Source of the DNA: an uncultured Alphaproteobacteria bacterium
Lineage (GTDB): Bacteria > Pseudomonadota > Alphaproteobacteria > CAAGCB01 > CAG-977
Assembly: GCA_944392845.1 (NCBI GenBank)
Contig: CALXYE010000030.1
Span: 1-37,642, forward strand
Reading direction: 5' to 3'
Length of the DNA stretch: 37,642 nucleotides
In this document: piece by piece, positions 34,657 to 37,642 of the stretch
How the letters are laid out: every line of letters begins with the position of its first letter
Position numbering within the stretch: the first letter of the stretch is position 1
Program-made: the position numbers and the translations under genes
The notes under the pieces: generated by a model
Seen by the model: the letters and a program-made list of their open reading frames with translations, nothing else
What the model was told of the DNA's origin: nothing
The model's database searches: none

Positions 34657-35402
34657 TTGTCCGCCCCTTCCGTTCTTAAATACGCCGCGACTTTGTTAAT
34701 CAGGCTTAAGCGCCCGTCTTCGTTTTCCTCTAAAACGTTCCGCAGCGGCGCCTGATACGGATCGTTCATATCCATGTCTTGGGGAGAAAATTCAAAATGT
34801 ACGCCCGACAAAACAACGCGTCCCGCGCCGAACGGCAGGAAAACGACGGCGGCACGGCCGCCGCATTCGGGATACGACGCCGCGATCTCGTAATCCGTAA
34901 ACCCGTCGTCGGGAACAAAAAAGCAGCCGCCGTTATAAAAGGTTCGAAACGGCGCGCCGTCCGCCTCAATCAAAGTCGCGCGGCATCCCGCATTCGAATT
35001 CGGATCATACGGCGGAAAAGCAGGCCCCGCCGCTTTGCCTTTGAAAAAACCAAGCTGGCATTCGTTTTCAACCGCGTCGGGCAAACCCTTGTTAAATTCG
35101 GTGCGCGCCGCGCCGAAATACGCCCCCGCACATATGCCCAAATACGCTCCGCCGCGTTTCACAAAGTCCCTGATGCATTCAATGCCCCGACCTTCCAATT
35201 TTTCGGAATACAGCGAACTCGCGCCTCCCGGCATAACGAACAGGCGGGCGTCTTCCCGCCATTTTCCTTCAACGACTTCGGCAGCGGACAGAGCGCGCAC
35301 GGCATAAGCCCCCCGTCCCCAACGGCGCAGGCACCCCCTGGCACAGAAAAAGGACTGCATTCCGACGCCCTTATCCGAATAAACATAAATTTTTTCCGAC
35401 AC
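34653..35402 (-). CDS. BPL_N-like / class I glutamine-amidotransferase-like protein
   Basis: GTG at 35402 is preceded by GGGAGG (VSEKIYVYSDKGVG...). LFVMPGGAS and GGAYLGICAGAYF are GATase-like nucleophile-elbow motifs. The track's 344-aa version runs through sugE and is rejected. Confidence 0.65.
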   Translation of the reverse strand: MSEKIYVYSDKGVGMQSFFCARGCLRRWGRGAYAVRALSAAEVVEGKWREDARLFVMPGGASSLYSEKLEGRGIECIRDFVKRGGAYLGICAGAYFGAARTEFNKGLPDAVENECQLGFFKGKAAGPAFPPYDPNSNAGCRATLIEADGAPFRTFYNGGCFFVPDDGFTDYEIAASYPECGGRAAVVFLPFGAGRVVLSGVHFEFSPQDMDMNDPYQAPLRNVLEENEDGRLSLINKVAAYLRTEGADK

Positions 35403-35413
35403 GGACCGCCTCC

Positions 35414-35731
35414 CTACGCCGAAACGGCCTTTAAGCCGATCAACCCGCCCAAAATCATCGCGACAAAAACAAGCCTCAAAACGTCGGCGGATTCTCCGAA
35501 AAAGAAAATGCCGTAAATAACGGCGCCCAAGGTCCCGACGCCCGTCCAAACGGCGTACGCCGTCCCCAAAGGCAAAGACCGCATCGCCAGCCCCAAAAGC
35601 CAAACGCTCAAAAACATGGCGGCGGCGACCAGCAAAGACGGATAAAGTTTCGTAAACCCTTCCGAATATTTCATGCCGACGGCCCAAACTGTTTCAAAAA
35701 GGCCCGCTATAATCAAATACACCCACGCCAT
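35414..35731 (-). CDS. sugE: SMR family quaternary-ammonium/guanidinium exporter (SugE-like)
   Basis: 105 aa with four TMs. MAWVYLIIAGLFETVWAVGMKYSEGF carries the conserved membrane Glu. Confidence 0.85.
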   Translation of the reverse strand: MAWVYLIIAGLFETVWAVGMKYSEGFTKLYPSLLVAAAMFLSVWLLGLAMRSLPLGTAYAVWTGVGTLGAVIYGIFFFGESADVLRLVFVAMILGGLIGLKAVSA

Positions 35732-35825
35732 ACAGCCCTCCTAAAAGTCCTTTGCAATTTAGCCTTTTCCTTTTCACGGAACAAGAAGAAGATTATATTA
35801 TGTTTTTTATCCTCAGGATGAAAAC

Positions 35826-36560
35826 ATGTCCGCGACACCGTACGATAACGATTCTTTTTTTGAAAAATACAGCCGGATGTCCCGCTCCGTCAAAGGCCTG
35901 GAAGGCGCGGGAGAATGGCCGACGCTGGAACCGATGCTTCCCGATTTTAAGGGAAAACGCGTGCTGGACTTGGGCTGCGGTTTCGGCTGGCATTGTCGCT
36001 ATGCCGCCGAACGCGGAGCAAAAAGCGTCCTCGGCATTGACTTGTCCGAAAAAATGCTGCTTCGCGCCCGCGCCGAAAATAACGCTCCCCGAATTGAATA
36101 CCGACGTCTTGCCGCAGAAGACGTTTCTTTTCCGCCGTCTTCCTTTGACGTCGTTATCAGCTCTTTGGTTTTTCATTACGTTAAGGATTTTCGCGCGCTT
36201 TGCCGCAACGTTTTCGAATGGCTCGCTTCGGGCGGCTCTTTCGTCTTTTCCGTCGAACACCCCGTCTTTACGGCTCAAGGACGGCAAACATGGATCTCCG
36301 ACGAAAACGGAAAACCTCTTTTCTGGCCCGTCGACCGTTACTTTGAAGAAGGCGAAAGAATTGCCGATTTCTTAGGCGAAGACATTGTAAAATATCACCG
36401 TACTTTAACGACTTACCTCTCCGCTCCGATGCAGGCGGGCTTTGTCCTCAAAGAATTGCGCGAACCGCAACCGACCGCGGAAATGTTAAAAAGCCTGCCC
36501 GAAATGAAGGACGAACTTCGCCGGCCGATGATGCTGATCCTTTCATGGATTAAAAAGTAA
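35826..36560 (+). CDS. Class I SAM-dependent methyltransferase
   Basis: 244 aa with motif I VLDLGCGFGW and post-I/II spacing typical of the Methyltransf_11/25 type. Confidence 0.8.
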   Translation: MSATPYDNDSFFEKYSRMSRSVKGLEGAGEWPTLEPMLPDFKGKRVLDLGCGFGWHCRYAAERGAKSVLGIDLSEKMLLRARAENNAPRIEYRRLAAEDVSFPPSSFDVVISSLVFHYVKDFRALCRNVFEWLASGGSFVFSVEHPVFTAQGRQTWISDENGKPLFWPVDRYFEEGERIADFLGEDIVKYHRTLTTYLSAPMQAGFVLKELREPQPTAEMLKSLPEMKDELRRPMMLILSWIKK

Positions 36561-36574
36561 TAATATAACAAATC

Positions 36575-37315
36575 CTAAAGAATGGCTTTTTCCGCCCTGA
36601 CAAAAGCCTCTAAAGCCGTAACGATCTCCCTCCGTTCTCCCAAAGCGCACAAGTCTTCTCCGTCCGCATAACCGGATACCGAAGCGGCCGTATCTTCTCC
36701 GTACGTTACGACGTTGTTCAGAATTGACGCGGTCCTGATCCCCCTGATCCTGCCGACGGTGAACAGAGCCGCCGTTTCCATGTCCGCCCCCAACACGCCC
36801 AACTTTGACCAGCGGGCTTCCTGATCGGCATTGTCGTCAATGTAAAAACTTTCGTGCGAATGGCATAAACCGACATGATGCGGGAAAGCGTTTTCTTCGG
36901 CGCTTTTTATACAATCAAACAACAGCTCCGTATCGGGCACGGCGGGATAGCGCAAATCCGCATAGGCGCGGGAGGCTCCGTCGTCGCGTACGGCGCCGCT
37001 GACGATAATCAGATCGCCGATGCCGATGCCCTTTTGCAAAGCGCCGCAAGAACCGATGCGAATAACGGCTTTGACGCCGACGTTTTTCATTTCCTCCACG
37101 GCGATCGCTGCGGAAGAACCGCCGATTCCCGTAGACAACGCCAAGACCGGCACGCCTTTGTATTCGCCGCGCAAACTGCGGAATTCCCGGTTATACGCCA
37201 ATTCCCGCACGTTTTCCAGATACGGGGCGATACGGTCCAAACGGGCGGGATCTCCCGGCGTTAAAGCATACTTAATTCCAAGCGTCTCATCCAAACGAAT
37301 ATGCGGCTGCAACAT
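36575..37315 (-). CDS. udp: Uridine phosphorylase-like nucleoside phosphorylase (PNP_UDP_1)
   Basis: 246 aa. PGDPARLDRIA, STGIGGSSAAIAVEEM, IRIGSCGAL and GADMETAALF align with remembered E. coli Udp segments. Confidence 0.7.
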   Translation of the reverse strand: MLQPHIRLDETLGIKYALTPGDPARLDRIAPYLENVRELAYNREFRSLRGEYKGVPVLALSTGIGGSSAAIAVEEMKNVGVKAVIRIGSCGALQKGIGIGDLIIVSGAVRDDGASRAYADLRYPAVPDTELLFDCIKSAEENAFPHHVGLCHSHESFYIDDNADQEARWSKLGVLGADMETAALFTVGRIRGIRTASILNNVVTYGEDTAASVSGYADGEDLCALGERREIVTALEAFVRAEKAIL

Positions 37316-37437
37316 GTTCCGTCCCTTTCAAAGCGATTTGAAACATTTTGACGTTTTCCGCAAGAGGATGCAAAGAAAATCGTTTTGTATCTTGACGCGG
37401 AAACGGAAGTATATTAGTAAGGAAAGACTTTTTCAGT

Positions 37438-37512
37438 TGGGGCGTAGCCAAGCGGTAAGGCAACGGACTTTGACTCCGTCATTCGCTGGTTCGAGTCCAG
37501 CCGCCCCAGCCA
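37438..37512 (+). tRNA. tRNA-Gln (anticodon TTG)
   Basis: 75-nt cloverleaf folded by hand: acceptor TGGGGCG/CGCCCCA; anticodon stem ACGGA/TCCGT with loop CTTTGAC; T arm GCTGG-TTCGAGT-CCAGC; encoded CCA. Confidence 0.9.
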
Positions 37513-37520
37513 CTCTGAGA

Positions 37521-37556
37521 GCCAAGTCGTTGAAAACAAACGAACTTGGCTTTTTT
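37521..37556 (+). terminator. Rho-independent terminator after tRNA-Gln
   Basis: GCCAAGT(CG)...(CG)aACTTGGC stem followed by TTTTTT. Confidence 0.75.
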
Positions 37557-37569
37557 GTGCTCGGGGAAA

Positions 37570-37637
37570 TGTTAGCAGTGCTAACAAAACTGCTAACAAA
37601 CCTTGTTAGCACGGGCGGTTGTCATGACATTGTACAA
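37570..37637. repeat. Cluster of 8-bp half-sites TGTTAGCA/TGCTAACA plus two further palindromes
   Basis: TGTTAGCA-g-TGCTAACA-aaac-TGCTAACA-aacct-TGTTAGCA (37570-37611), then TGTCATGACA (37620-37629) and TTGTACAA (37630-37637). Confidence 0.7.
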
Positions 37638-37642
37638 TCGCG

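Noticed and set aside
34653-35687. The 344-aa version of the BPL_N-like ORF, and the 245-aa plus-strand ORF at 34779..35516.
   Set aside because: The N-terminal 95 aa of the long version overlap sugE in another frame and are Arg/Gly/Phe junk. A GTG with a GGGAGG RBS at 35402 gives a clean non-overlapping gene. The plus-strand ORF is antisense shadow.
35752-36375. ORFs of 207 aa (+) and 164 aa (-) overlapping the methyltransferase gene.
   Set aside because: They are alternative frames of a gene with a clear SAM-binding motif I (VLDLGCGFGW), and they have no motifs of their own.
37414-37599. A 61-aa minus-strand ORF.
   Set aside because: It lies across tRNA-Gln and its terminator, so it is not coding.
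37570-37611. The repeated 8-mers considered as a mini CRISPR array or as tandem repeats.
   Set aside because: The units are only 8 bp, alternate in orientation and have 1-5 nt spacers. That is dyad-symmetric protein-binding architecture, not CRISPR.

Overview
The window comes from a diderm bacterium, judged by a TolC-type channel, a MacAB-like efflux system and CreD. Base composition is roughly balanced by eye. I ran no searches, so every family call rests on motifs and architecture read from the translations.

**Positions 1-17044: accessory-looking cluster built around type IV secretion (T4SS) parts.**
- A leftward operon (184-4866) encodes three tandem paralogous polytopic membrane proteins that look like TrbL/VirB6, plus a 71-aa two-TM protein.
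- It diverges from nine rightward genes (5120-15461):
  - a Pro-rich repeat protein;
  - a Lys/Glu-rich repeat protein;
  - two paralogous membrane-anchored NERD-like proteins;
  - a membrane ORFan;
  - an unmistakable VirD4/TraG-type coupling ATPase with a 63-aa poly-Asp/Glu tail;
  - a protein with a Pro/Gln-rich N-terminus and a C-terminal HNH nuclease motif;
  - a SUKH/SMI1-KNR4-like, immunity-type protein.
- No VirB4, VirB8-11, relaxase or pilin operon is visible in this stretch. I therefore read it as a non-canonical T4SS-derived module with a candidate toxin/immunity pair.
- Two tandem DUF1189-like membrane proteins (15458-17044) converge on the cluster.

**Positions 17486-19135: tRNA-linked islet.** tRNA-Glu(CTC) is followed by a sharply AT-rich islet carrying a Fic-MerR-HTH fusion protein and a small integrase-N-terminus-like ORF.

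**Positions 19336-37315: ordinary housekeeping and efflux genes.**
- DNA repair and small proteins: tag, ogt, PEBP and YjbR-like genes, plus a cupin gene disrupted by two compensating frameshifts.
- Transport and envelope: a split chrA pair with a LysR regulator, creD, ABC permease/ATPase/adaptor/TolC, and MATE, BPL_N-like and sugE genes.
- Others: alkaline phosphatase, a SAM-dependent methyltransferase and a udp-like gene.

**Positions 37438-37642: right edge.** tRNA-Gln(TTG) is followed at the window edge by a dense array of 8-bp palindromic half-sites. No CRISPR array or rRNA was seen.
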